A stretch of 64,000 nucleotides of DNA, taken from assembly GCA_020060545.1 (NCBI GenBank), contig JAGUZX010000131.1:856-64855 (forward strand), written 5' to 3'. This DNA is from Desulfovibrio sp. GTDB taxonomy: Bacteria; Bacillota; Dethiobacteria; DTU022. The notes under the pieces were generated by a model, which worked only from the letters and a program-made list of their open reading frames with translations, did not search any database and was not told the origin of the DNA. Positions within the stretch are counted from its first letter, which is position 1, and every line of letters begins with the position of its first letter. Below are positions 28,968 to 37,599 of the stretch, one piece after another. The translations under genes and the position numbers were made by a program.

Positions 28968-30536
28968 GTGGAACCCGGTTTTCTTTCGATTTTACCGGCG
29001 CTGGTCGCGATCGTGCTGGCCATCGCCACCCGCCAGGTGATCCTTTCACTGTTCATCGCGGTCTGGCTCGGGGCGACATTTATCTACTCCTTCAACCCCG
29101 CGGTCGGGATTATGCGCACCCTGGATGAGTTTATCGTGGGCAGCGCGACGGACGGCTGGAACGCCGGTATTCTCATCTTTACCATGATCATCGCGGCCGC
29201 GATCGGGCTGGTCACCAGGTCCGGCGGGGCCCAGGCCATCGCCGAGGCGCTGAGCCGCAAGGCGAAGACCCCCCGGGCGGGGATGCTTTCCGCCTGGCTG
29301 ATGGGTTTAATCATCTTCTTCGACGATTACGGCAGCTGCCTGATCGCCGGCAACACTTCCCGGCCGATTACCGACAAGCTGAAGGTCTCCCGGGAGAAGC
29401 TCTCTTATATCGTCGACTCGACCGCAGCGCCGGTCGCGACCATCGCGGTTATTTCGACCTGGGTCGGGTACGAGATGGGCATGATCGCCGAAGGTTACGA
29501 CAAGATCGGTGTTGCCGTCAGCCCGTATATCGTCTTTCTGCAGACGATACCGTACCGCTTCTACAGCCTCTTCGCCCTGGCCATGGTCGTGATCCTTGCC
29601 ATTCTGATGCGTGATTTCGGGCCCATGTACCACGCCGAGGTCAGGGCGAGAACCACGGGCAAGCTGCTGCGGGACGGGGCGGTACCCCTTTCGGCCTCAG
29701 ACACAGCCGAACTGCAGGTCAAGGAAGGAACCCCTCTCCGCTGGATCAACTTTGTCCTGCCGCTCCTGGCGATCATCGTCAGCACCGTTATCGGCCTGTA
29801 TTATAACGGGGGAGGCGCGGAAGCCGGCGCCTTCCTGGATGCGATTGGAAATGCCGATGCCAGCGTGGTGCTGCTCTGGGCGTCCACGGCGGGCCTTGTG
29901 GTGGGGCTGATCCTGGTGCTGGCCCAGCGCATCCTGACCCTGAATGAGGCCATGGAGACGGTCATGAACGGGGCGAAGTCGGTGTTTACAGCGCTGGTGA
30001 TCCTGGTGCTGGCCTGGTCTCTCAGCGCCGTTTCCGGCGAGCTGGGAGCCGCCGAATACCTGGCTCCCATGGTCTCATCCGCCATCCCGATGTGGCTGGT
30101 GCCGTTTATGGTCTTTCTCGTGGCCTGCCTGGTTGCATTTGCCACCGGGACCTCCTGGGGCACGATGGGGATCCTGACCCCGATGGCGATTCCGATTGCT
30201 TACGCCTTCGGCGACGAGAGGATTCTGATCCCCACGGTGGCCGCGGTGCTGACCGGGGCGATCTTCGGGGACCACTGCTCGCCGATCTCCGACACGACGA
30301 TCCTCTCCTCCACCGGTGCCAGCTCCGACCATATCGACCACGTGCGCACCCAGCTACCCTATGCTATCGTTACCGCGGTGGTTGCGGGTATAATCGGTTT
30401 CATCCCGGCCGGTTTCGGGGTGCCCTGGTACGTTTCTTTTGTTATCGGTGTGGCGGCGCTGTATCTCATTGTCAAGTTCGTGGGCAAGAGCACGGAAGGC
30501 GTGTCGCTGCCGGTGGACAAAAAAGCAAAAGCATAA
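28968..30536 (+). CDS. NhaC-family Na+/H+ antiporter-type transporter (family also includes organic-ion and amino-acid antiporters)
   Basis: The GTG lies 9 nt after AAAGGAGG. MEPGFLSILPALVAIVLAIATRQV... 522 aa, about 12 TM helices. Confidence 0.8.
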   Translation: MEPGFLSILPALVAIVLAIATRQVILSLFIAVWLGATFIYSFNPAVGIMRTLDEFIVGSATDGWNAGILIFTMIIAAAIGLVTRSGGAQAIAEALSRKAKTPRAGMLSAWLMGLIIFFDDYGSCLIAGNTSRPITDKLKVSREKLSYIVDSTAAPVATIAVISTWVGYEMGMIAEGYDKIGVAVSPYIVFLQTIPYRFYSLFALAMVVILAILMRDFGPMYHAEVRARTTGKLLRDGAVPLSASDTAELQVKEGTPLRWINFVLPLLAIIVSTVIGLYYNGGGAEAGAFLDAIGNADASVVLLWASTAGLVVGLILVLAQRILTLNEAMETVMNGAKSVFTALVILVLAWSLSAVSGELGAAEYLAPMVSSAIPMWLVPFMVFLVACLVAFATGTSWGTMGILTPMAIPIAYAFGDERILIPTVAAVLTGAIFGDHCSPISDTTILSSTGASSDHIDHVRTQLPYAIVTAVVAGIIGFIPAGFGVPWYVSFVIGVAALYLIVKFVGKSTEGVSLPVDKKAKA

Positions 30537-30556
30537 CTTTTACGCCATGCAACGAC

Positions 30557-30587
30557 AGGCGCCGGCAGATGCCGGCGCCTTTTTTTC
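30557..30587 (+). terminator. Strong intrinsic terminator after the NhaC-family gene
   Basis: AGGCGCCGGC-agat-GCCGGCGCCT followed by TTTTTTT. Confidence 0.85.
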
Positions 30588-30603
30588 GCCTCGTGCCTGT
30601 AAC

Positions 30604-30620
30604 TTGGCATTATATTTGCG
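30604..30620 (+). promoter_or_regulatory. Sigma-54 (-24/-12) promoter upstream of GNAT-kamA
   Basis: TTGGCATTATATTTGCG = TGGCAT-N5-TTGC, with exact GG-N10-GC spacing. It lies 17 nt after the terminator U-tract and 178 nt before the GNAT start. Confidence 0.7.
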
Positions 30621-30797
30621 ATATAATTATTTAGATTTTAGTCCAGCCCGCAGGGGTCGCGTTGCGCTTTAAAACGCCGGGCCTGGCCTGCCGTGCTCCT
30701 GCTTCTTTCGCCGGAGCTCGCGGGCCGGCGGCAACCGGATACTTGCTTGATGGCAGCGCGCCGGGCTTATTGGCACCCGGCGCCGGGGAGGGATGAG

Positions 30798-31241
30798 ATG
30801 GAAATCCGGCAGGCCCATGCCGCTGATGAAAACGCTGTGTGCCGGTTGTGGGAAACGCTCCTCGCTTTTTACCGCAAGGAAACCGGCCGCCCGGTATTGC
30901 AGCGCAGCTTCCGGTATGCCGTCGGGCATCCCCGCCAGGTGCGCATTTACGTGGCGGTAATGGACGGCGCTATCGCGGGGACCGCCAGCCTGCACCTGGG
31001 CCATTACTCAACCTGGAACGACAACTGGTACGGGCACATCGAAGATGTTGTGGTGGCCCCGGAGTTCCGCCGCCGGGGGGTGGGGCTCCGCTTGATCCGG
31101 CACCTGATCGCTGTTGCAGAAGAGGAAGGACTGGCCAGGCTGGAGTTGAACACCCTGGCAACGAATCACGCCGCCCGCCGGCTGTACGAACAGCTCGGCT
31201 TTAAAACCGATTCCGTAGTTTACGAGCTGCCGCTCAAATGA
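30798..31241 (+). CDS. GNAT-family N-acetyltransferase (147 aa)
   Basis: The ATG follows GGGGAGGG. MEIRQAHAADENAVCRLWE..., motif A HIEDVVVAPEFRRRGVGLRLI, then ARRLYEQLGF. The TGA stop is embedded in the first TGAACTT palindrome. Confidence 0.8.
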   Translation: MEIRQAHAADENAVCRLWETLLAFYRKETGRPVLQRSFRYAVGHPRQVRIYVAVMDGAIAGTASLHLGHYSTWNDNWYGHIEDVVVAPEFRRRGVGLRLIRHLIAVAEEEGLARLELNTLATNHAARRLYEQLGFKTDSVVYELPLK

Positions 31242-31304
31242 ACTTAGGCGCCGGGCGCTTAAGTTCATTAACTTAAAAACTTGGGTGCCAGGCACCTAAG
31301 TTCA
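31237..31304. repeat. Palindromic element family P (TGAACT-N2-4-GGYGCC half-sites), locus A with two adjacent palindromes
   Basis: AATGAACTTAGGCGCC-G-GGCGCTTAAGTTCATT, then AACTTGGGTGCC-A-GGCACCTAAGTTCA. Confidence 0.85.
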
Positions 31305-31327
31305 CCAAGATGAAAGGGGTGTTCAAG

Positions 31328-32566
31328 ATGCGTGATTACCGGGAAATACCGCTCTGGAAAGATGTCTCGCCGGAAGAATGGAACGACTGGCACTGGCAGG
31401 TGGCGCACCGGATTACTTCCCTCGAGGAGTTGAAGCAGGTGATCCGGCTGACCGCCGGGGAAGAGGAAGGGGTCAGGCAGTGCCTGCGGACGCTGCGTAT
31501 GGCCATCACTCCCTACTACGCCACCCTGATCGATCCCGCCGATACGGGCTGCCCCGTCCGGCGGCAGGCGGTGCCCACCGCTCACGAGCTGAACATGGCT
31601 GCGTCAGACATGGCCGATCCCCTGCATGAGGATGTTGATTCGCCGGTGCCCGGGTTGACCCACCGTTACCCCGACCGGGTGCTGCTGCTCCTGACCGACC
31701 AGTGCTCCATGTACTGCCGCCACTGCACCCGGCGCCGTCTGGCGGGTGTGACCGACCGGCCCAGGAGCAGGGAGCAGATCGACCGGGCCGTCGAATACGT
31801 GCGCCGGACACCGGCGGTGCGCGACGTGGTTCTGTCGGGAGGCGACGGGCTGCTGCTGGCCGACGAGATCCTGGAGCATGTCCTGCAGCAGCTGCGGGCC
31901 GTCCCGCACGTGGAGATTATCCGCTTCGGCAGCCGCACTCCCGTGGTCTTGCCCCAGCGGATCACCCCGGAACTGTGCCGGATGCTGTCCCGTTATCACC
32001 CGGTCTATGTGAACGTCCATTTCAACCATCCCAAGGAGATCACCGCCGCCTCGGCGGAGGCATGCGCCCGCCTGGCGGACGCCGGTGTCCCCCTGGGGAA
32101 CCAGACCGTGCTCCTGGCCGGGATCAACGACTGCCCCCGGGTGCTGAAAGAGCTGTGCCAGGGCCTGCTGAAGATCAGGGTACGCCCTTATTACCTCTTC
32201 CAGTGCGACCTTTCCCAGGGGATCGAGCATTTCCGGACCCCGGTGGCGGCGGGGATCCAGGCGATCGAATTCCTGCGCGGGCACACCTCCGGGCTGGCCG
32301 TGCCCACTTATGCCATCGACGCTCCCGGCGGGGGAGGGAAGATCCCGGTCATGCCGCAGTATCTCATCTCCCAGTCCGGTTCGCGGGTGGTGCTGCGGAA
32401 CTTTGAAGGCGGGCTCTATACTTACACCGAACCGGGCCATTACGTCGATCCCGACCAGCCGTGCGCGCTTTGCGGCGGCAGGCACCAGGAAAACGGGATC
32501 GGGGTTGCCGGGATGTTAAACGGCCAGGTGGTGGCGATGGAGCCAGTGCTGAAAAAAGAGAAATAA
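31328..32566 (+). CDS. kamA: Lysine 2,3-aminomutase (radical SAM/PLP)
   Basis: Near-colinear with my recollection of Clostridium subterminale LAM: WNDWHWQV, LRMAITPYY, SPVPGLTHRYPDRVLLL, CSMYCRHCTRR, RIGSRTPVVLPQRIT, NHPKEIT, GNQTVLL. The lysine-binding Asp positions are kept (QCDLS and IDAPGGGGK). The ATG at 31328 follows AAAGGGGTG. Confidence 0.9.
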   Translation: MRDYREIPLWKDVSPEEWNDWHWQVAHRITSLEELKQVIRLTAGEEEGVRQCLRTLRMAITPYYATLIDPADTGCPVRRQAVPTAHELNMAASDMADPLHEDVDSPVPGLTHRYPDRVLLLLTDQCSMYCRHCTRRRLAGVTDRPRSREQIDRAVEYVRRTPAVRDVVLSGGDGLLLADEILEHVLQQLRAVPHVEIIRFGSRTPVVLPQRITPELCRMLSRYHPVYVNVHFNHPKEITAASAEACARLADAGVPLGNQTVLLAGINDCPRVLKELCQGLLKIRVRPYYLFQCDLSQGIEHFRTPVAAGIQAIEFLRGHTSGLAVPTYAIDAPGGGGKIPVMPQYLISQSGSRVVLRNFEGGLYTYTEPGHYVDPDQPCALCGGRHQENGIGVAGMLNGQVVAMEPVLKKEK

Positions 32567-32569
32567 TGA

Positions 32570-32598
32570 TGAACCCGGGCGCCCGGCGCCCAAGTTCA
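32570..32598. repeat. Palindromic element family P, locus B
   Basis: TGAACCCGGGCGCC-C-GGCGCCCAAGTTCA, starting 4 nt after the kamA stop. Confidence 0.8.
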
Positions 32599-32665
32599 GA
32601 TCCGGTTGCGCCCAAAATTGGGCATACCGGAAGCGGAAACGGTGCCCTCAGCGCCCCTTTTTATG

Positions 32666-32681
32666 TGGTATGAAAATTGCT
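32666..32681 (+). promoter_or_regulatory. Sigma-54 (-24/-12) promoter upstream of the first MttB-family gene
   Basis: TGGTATGAAAATTGCT, whose first 15 nt (TGGTATGAAAATTGC) are identical to the core at 28811. GG-N10-GC spacing. It lies 76 nt upstream of the start at 32757. Confidence 0.7.
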
Positions 32682-32756
32682 CTTACAGCACTGCAGTACT
32701 GTAATCTATTGACGGAAGGCTGCCGCCGGGCAGCCCTCATCAAAGGAGCGTGATCA

Positions 32757-34226
32757 TTGATGTTTAAACGCAAGTTGAAGCCGGTGCGCTCGGTCCTGGA
32801 ATGCAAGGTTTTAAGCGAGCGGGACATCGTGAAGATCCACCAGGCCGCCCTGGAGGTGATGGAGGAAGCGGGCGTAAGGTTCCCGTCGGAGCGGGCACTG
32901 AACGTGCTGGAAGAGGCGGGATGCCCGGTGGATCGCCAAACCATGGTCGCCAAGCTGCCTTCCGGCCTGGTGATGGATTGCCTGCGCCGGGCCCCCTCCC
33001 AGTACCTGCTGGCCGGGCGGGATCCCAAAGATGATCTCTGGATCGACGATAAAACTTCCTATCTCTCCACCGACGGCTGCGCGGTTGATTTTTACGATAT
33101 CCGCACCGGCGAACTGCGCCGCTCCACCAAGCAGGATATCACCGACGCCTGCCGGGTGGCCGACTACCTGCCGGAGATTTCGTATATCTGGGGTCCTCCC
33201 GTCAGCGCGCAGGACGTCCCGGCGGCGGTGCGACCGCTGCACGAGATCGAGGCGAGCATGGATGGGACCACGATGCATATCCAGCCGGAGACGGTTATTT
33301 CCAGGACAATCGCCCGTTTTGCCCTGGAGATGGCCGCCGCGGTGGCCGGCGGCAAAGAGGCGCTGCGCAAGCGGCCGCTCTTTTCGTACATGCAGTGCGC
33401 CACCGATCCGCTCGGGCAGGACGGGGGGAGCCTGGAGGCGTCAATGGTGGCGGCGGAGTGGGGGATCCCCACCGGTTTCATGCCGATGCCGATGTCCTGC
33501 GCCACCGCTCCGGCCACTTTGGCCGGCAACCTGGTGGTGACGACGGTCGACGCGGTCAGCCCCCTGGTACTGATGCAGCTGGTTAACCCGGGCGCGCCGG
33601 TCTATTTCGCCGCGGCGCCCACGGCAATCGACCTGCAGACCGGCGGCTATACCGGCGGCGGGCCGGAAGACTTCCTCCTGGCGGCCGCCTTTAGCCAGAT
33701 CTGCCGCTTCTACCAGATCCCCCTGGCCATGGGCGCTTTCGCCACCGGGTCCAAGGAACCGGACTGGCAGGCGGCGGTGGATAACTGTTTTTCCGGCCTG
33801 TTGCCGGTCCTCACCCGGACCGCCATCCTCAACGGGGCGGGGACCTTGAACGGCTCCAAGATCTTCTCCCTGCAGGCTTTGATCATGGACGCCGAGATTT
33901 ACAGCATCATCGCGCGGGTTGCCGAAGGGATCGAGGTCAGCGACGAGACGCTGGCCGTGGAGCTGATCAAAAAAATCGGCCCTGGCGGCAACTTCCTCGC
34001 CGAGAAGCACACCCGGCAGCACATGAAAGAGATCTGGCGCCCCGTTGTTTACGACCGCAAGCCCTACGGGGCCTGGCTGGAGAGCGGCAAGCGAGGCGCT
34101 TTCGAAGAAGCCACTGAAAAAGCGCGCTGGATCCTGGAGAACCACGCGGTGCAGCCGCTCGAACCCGGGATCAAGCAAGAATTTTCCAGGATAATCAAGG
34201 CCGCTGAAAAAGAGCTGGCCGGTTAA
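32757..34226 (+). CDS. MttB-superfamily (trimethylamine methyltransferase family, COG5598) methyltransferase, non-pyrrolysine type; substrate unknown
   Basis: An uninterrupted 489-aa ORF of MttB length and architecture (..VLSERDIVKIHQAALEVMEEAGVRF.., C-terminal ..GPGGNFLAEKHTRQHM..). There is no in-frame TAG. A corrinoid protein gene follows 15 nt downstream. Confidence 0.8.
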   Translation: MMFKRKLKPVRSVLECKVLSERDIVKIHQAALEVMEEAGVRFPSERALNVLEEAGCPVDRQTMVAKLPSGLVMDCLRRAPSQYLLAGRDPKDDLWIDDKTSYLSTDGCAVDFYDIRTGELRRSTKQDITDACRVADYLPEISYIWGPPVSAQDVPAAVRPLHEIEASMDGTTMHIQPETVISRTIARFALEMAAAVAGGKEALRKRPLFSYMQCATDPLGQDGGSLEASMVAAEWGIPTGFMPMPMSCATAPATLAGNLVVTTVDAVSPLVLMQLVNPGAPVYFAAAPTAIDLQTGGYTGGGPEDFLLAAAFSQICRFYQIPLAMGAFATGSKEPDWQAAVDNCFSGLLPVLTRTAILNGAGTLNGSKIFSLQALIMDAEIYSIIARVAEGIEVSDETLAVELIKKIGPGGNFLAEKHTRQHMKEIWRPVVYDRKPYGAWLESGKRGAFEEATEKARWILENHAVQPLEPGIKQEFSRIIKAAEKELAG

Positions 34227-34241
34227 AGGGGGATCAAACAA

Positions 34242-34892
34242 ATGGAACAGGCGCAACTTTTTGCCAGGATGAAGTCAGCCGTACTGGAGGGGGAGATCGG
34301 CCTGGCCGCGGATCTGGCCCTTAACGCGCTGGAAATGGGCTTAAGCCCGCTCACCTGCATCGAGGAAGGCTACGTCCCCGGGATCAACGAGGTCGGCCGC
34401 CTCTTCGAAGCGGGCGAAATGTTTCTTCCCGAGCTGGTGGCGGCGGCCGAAGTGATGAAGGCGGCCCTCGCCGTCCTGGAGCCGGAGCTGCTGCGCCGGC
34501 AGGTATCGCGCGCGACCATGGGCAAGGTGGTGATCGGGACCATGTTCAACGATATCCACGATATCGGCAAGGATATGGTCGCCTCCATGCTTACCGCTTC
34601 GGGGTTCGACGTGGTCAACCTGGGGGTGAACGTACCCTGCGCCGCCTTCATCGACAAGGTCAGGGAGCTGCAGCCGGAGATCCTGGGGCTCTCGGCCTTG
34701 CTGACCACAACCATGCCCGAGCAAAAGACGGTCATCGAGGCGCTGCAGCGGGAAGGGCTGCGCGGGACGGTCAAAGTAATCGTCGGCGGGGCCCCGGTCA
34801 ACCGGCAGTGGGCCGACTCGATCGGCGCCGACGGCTTCGCCGAAAACGCCATCGAAGCGGTAAAGGTGGCCAAACGGCTGGTCGGCAAGTAA
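34242..34892 (+). CDS. Corrinoid (B12-binding) protein, MtbC/MttC/MtgC-like
   Basis: N-terminal helical cap (EEGYVPGINEVGRLFEAGEMFLPELV). B12-binding DxHxxG motif in GTMFNDIHDIGKDMV, then LSALLTTTM. Confidence 0.9.
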   Translation: MEQAQLFARMKSAVLEGEIGLAADLALNALEMGLSPLTCIEEGYVPGINEVGRLFEAGEMFLPELVAAAEVMKAALAVLEPELLRRQVSRATMGKVVIGTMFNDIHDIGKDMVASMLTASGFDVVNLGVNVPCAAFIDKVRELQPEILGLSALLTTTMPEQKTVIEALQREGLRGTVKVIVGGAPVNRQWADSIGADGFAENAIEAVKVAKRLVGK

Positions 34893-34964
34893 CATGCCGG
34901 GAGAGGCCGTAACCAATGCGCCGGGATTGCCAACATTTGCTTTGTGCTGGCTTGGGCCAAGTTT

Positions 34965-35033
34965 GGCACCTAGTGAACTGAAAAGTTCATTTGGTGCCTG
35001 GCACCAAATGAACTTTGGTTCCTTTGTTACTGG
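34965..35033. repeat. Palindromic element family P, locus C (contains a perfect 33-bp palindrome at 34983-35015)
   Basis: GGCACCTAGTGAACT-gaaa-AGTTCATTTGGTGCC-T-GGCACCAAATGAACTT, followed by a degenerate fourth arm. Confidence 0.85.
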
Positions 35034-35122
35034 CAAGGTAAGCCTCGCCCGCGGGCGGCGCATGCGCCGGCCCTACGGTTTAAGTGTAAAATACCCTGCA
35101 GCAAAAGGGAGGGTTTTAAGCG

Positions 35123-36604
35123 ATGGAGAAGTTCAGCTTCAAGGGCCAGCCGCGCCTGCGGCTCTTGTCCGACGAGCAGATCGAGCTGATGCACGAAAAA
35201 GCGCTCTATATCCTCGAGAACACCGGGGTCAAGTTCGAATCCGAGGAAGCGCTGAAAATTTTGAAAGATCACGGCGCGCAGGTTGACTTTACGCAAAAGA
35301 TCGCCCGGATCAAGCCGGAAATGGTGATCGACGCCGTGCAAAAGGCGCCCTCCGCCTTACGGCTGTACAACCGGGACGGGGAGCCCGCCGCTGATTTAAG
35401 CGGCAACAACGTCCACTTTGATCCCGGTTCGGCCGCGATCAAGTTCATGGAATCGGACGGCGTGACCGTCCGCCAGTCCAGGGCGGAAGACCTGGCCCGG
35501 ATCTCCAAAGTAAACGACGCCCTGGACAATATCGCCCTCCAGTCCACGGCTGTCGTGGCCTACGACGTGCCCAAGCTAATCGGCGACAGCTACCGGCTTT
35601 ACATTTTACTGAAGCACTCTCCCAAGGCGATCATCACTGGCGCCTTCAGCGTGCACGGCGTCGCCCACATGAGGGAGATGCTGGCCGCCGTGGCGGGGGG
35701 GTACGAGCGGCTGAGGGAGAAACCGGTGGCCGTTTTTGACATCTGCCCCTCCCCGCCGCTAAAATGGACGCACATCAGCGCGCAGAATATTATCGACTGC
35801 GCCCGTTTCGGCCTGCCCCTGGAGACGGTCTCCATGCCGATGCCCGGCGCCGCATCGCCGGTGACCCTTTCCGGGTCGATCCTGATCCATACCGCGGAGA
35901 CGCTGAGCGGCATCGTTCTGGCCCAATGTGTCAGCCCGGGCGCCCCGGTGGTGTACGGCGGGGCGCCGGTTCATTTTGACATGCGCTTCGGCACCACCCC
36001 TTTAAGCGCGATCGAGGCGACGATGATCGCTGCGGCCTACGCCCAGATGGGTAAATTTTACGGGATGCCCACCCACACCTACGCGGGCTTGAGCGACGCC
36101 AAGGTGGTCGACGCCCAGGCCGGCCTGGAAACGGGGATGAGCGGCGTCGTGGCCCAGCTGGCCGGGATTAACGTGATCTCTGGCGCCGGGGCCCTGGATT
36201 TCGTGAGCTGCATCAGCTTGGAGAAGCTGGTTATCGACAACGAGATCTGCGGGATGGCGCTGCGTCTGCACCGGGAAATCGACTGCTCGGCGGAAGCGAT
36301 GGCGGTTGAACTGGTGCGCGACCTCGGGCCGGGCGGGGACTACCTCGGCACGGAGCACACTTTCCGGTGGTTCAAGAAGGAGCCGTATATCACCTCCCCG
36401 GTAATCGACCGCCGCGATCGCGGCGGCTGGGTGGAGCAGGGCAGCAAGGATGCCTTTGCCCGCGCCAGGGAGAGAGTCTGTGAAATTGAGGGCGGCCACA
36501 GCCCCGTCCCTCTGGACGGGGAGCGGGCCGCCGCGCTGGACCGGGCCGCCTCACGTGTCATGGACGAACTGGGCATCGCCGCCCTCCCCCTCGGCCCCCG
36601 CTAG
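35123..36604 (+). CDS. MttB-superfamily methyltransferase, second diverged paralog, non-pyrrolysine; substrate unknown
   Basis: Uninterrupted 493-aa ORF (..LLSDEQIELMHEKALYILENTGVKF.., ..GPGGDYLGTEHTFRWF..). GGGAGGG acts as RBS. Confidence 0.8.
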   Translation: MEKFSFKGQPRLRLLSDEQIELMHEKALYILENTGVKFESEEALKILKDHGAQVDFTQKIARIKPEMVIDAVQKAPSALRLYNRDGEPAADLSGNNVHFDPGSAAIKFMESDGVTVRQSRAEDLARISKVNDALDNIALQSTAVVAYDVPKLIGDSYRLYILLKHSPKAIITGAFSVHGVAHMREMLAAVAGGYERLREKPVAVFDICPSPPLKWTHISAQNIIDCARFGLPLETVSMPMPGAASPVTLSGSILIHTAETLSGIVLAQCVSPGAPVVYGGAPVHFDMRFGTTPLSAIEATMIAAAYAQMGKFYGMPTHTYAGLSDAKVVDAQAGLETGMSGVVAQLAGINVISGAGALDFVSCISLEKLVIDNEICGMALRLHREIDCSAEAMAVELVRDLGPGGDYLGTEHTFRWFKKEPYITSPVIDRRDRGGWVEQGSKDAFARARERVCEIEGGHSPVPLDGERAAALDRAASRVMDELGIAALPLGPR

Positions 36605-36936
36605 ACTGGAAATTGGATGCAGGATGTTGGAAGTTGGCAAAGAGGTCGCATTTAAGCTGTAGAAGGGACGAGGTCTGCCACGCAAACCGGAGGCCAAAGG
36701 CCAGAGGCCGGAATCCGGAGGGCAAAGGCTTAGCGCAGGCGGAAAAGAAGGCTACGACCGCACAGATTAACGGAGCCGCACCACCGGCCGCCTCGTCTTT
36801 GAGGGGGAAGCGGGGCAGAGCTGAGTCACGGAGATGCGGCGGGAGTGGATTATATCGAATGATGCCGCACTCTTCCCGATTAAATAAGAGATCTCTTTTT
36901 CATCGATTATCGACCAAAGGAGGTTTTATCCGGAAG

Positions 36937-37569
36937 ATGGCCAATTTGGAAACCCTTAAAAAAGGGGTTATCGAGGGAGACGTGCAGCTGGTAATGGAAG
37001 AGACCAGGTCCTGCCTGGACAGCGGGATGGACGGCCTGGCAATTATCAACGAAGGCCTGGTGGCGGGGATGAACGTGGTCGGGCCGCGTTTTAAGGCCGG
37101 GGAGATGTTTGTCCCGGAGGTGCTGATGTCGGCGAAAGCGATGGCCGCGGGGGTAGAGCTGGTCAAATCCGTCCTCGTGGACACCGAGATACCGACCGCC
37201 GGAAAGGTGCTGATCGGCACGGTCAAAGGAGACCTGCACGATATCGGCAAGAACCTGGTCTCGATCATGCTGGAGAGCAGCGGGTTTGAGGTGGTGAACA
37301 TGGGCGTGGACATCCCCCCGGAGCAGTTTGCCGCGGCGATTCGGGAGCACAAGCCCCAGATCGTCGGCCTGTCGGCCCTCCTCACGACGACCATGCTGGC
37401 GATGAAGGATACGATCGACTACCTCCGGGCGGAAGGCCTGCGCGACTCGATCAAGGTGGTCATCGGCGGCGCGCCGGTGACGGCCGACTTCGCCAAAGAG
37501 ATCGGCGCCGACGGCTACGCCCCCGACGCCGGCGCCGCCGTCGAGCTGGCCCAAGGCCTCCTCGGTTAG
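36937..37569 (+). CDS. Corrinoid (B12-binding) protein, second copy
   Basis: The ATG at 36937 follows AAAGGAGG. MANLETLKKGVIEGD..., cap GMNVVGPRFKAGEMFVPEVL, DxHxxG in GTVKGDLHDIGKNLV, then LSALLTTTM. The track's 108-aa N-terminal extension is Arg/Gly-rich and is rejected. Confidence 0.9.
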   Translation: MANLETLKKGVIEGDVQLVMEETRSCLDSGMDGLAIINEGLVAGMNVVGPRFKAGEMFVPEVLMSAKAMAAGVELVKSVLVDTEIPTAGKVLIGTVKGDLHDIGKNLVSIMLESSGFEVVNMGVDIPPEQFAAAIREHKPQIVGLSALLTTTMLAMKDTIDYLRAEGLRDSIKVVIGGAPVTADFAKEIGADGYAPDAGAAVELAQGLLG

Positions 37570-37599
37570 GGGGTCAGGCCTTAAATTGCGTCATATGCA

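Noticed and set aside
34983-35015. GGTGCCTGGCACC palindromes considered as sigma-54 promoters, because they contain TGGCAC.
   Set aside because: No GC dinucleotide follows at the required GG-N10-GC spacing; the following bases are TGAACTT. The motif is symmetric and sits at gene 3' ends rather than upstream of starts. The true -24/-12 candidates are at 28811, 30604 and 32666.
32757-36604. Pyrrolysine-containing trimethylamine methyltransferase (MttB proper), and hence a pyl gene context.
   Set aside because: Both ORFs run uninterrupted at full MttB length with no in-frame TAG. No pylBCDS/pylT-like sequence was seen in the window. They are therefore treated as non-Pyl superfamily members.
36613-36936. 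The track's 108-aa N-terminal extension of the second corrinoid protein. Similar extensions occur at 38713 (polyprenyl synthase), 56456 (formimidoyltransferase), 26722 (isochorismatase), 13133 (ABC ATPase), 14979 (TA partner) and 17198 (permease).
   Set aside because: The extensions are compositionally aberrant and lack an RBS. They precede internal starts that have good Shine-Dalgarno sequences and align with the normal family N-termini.
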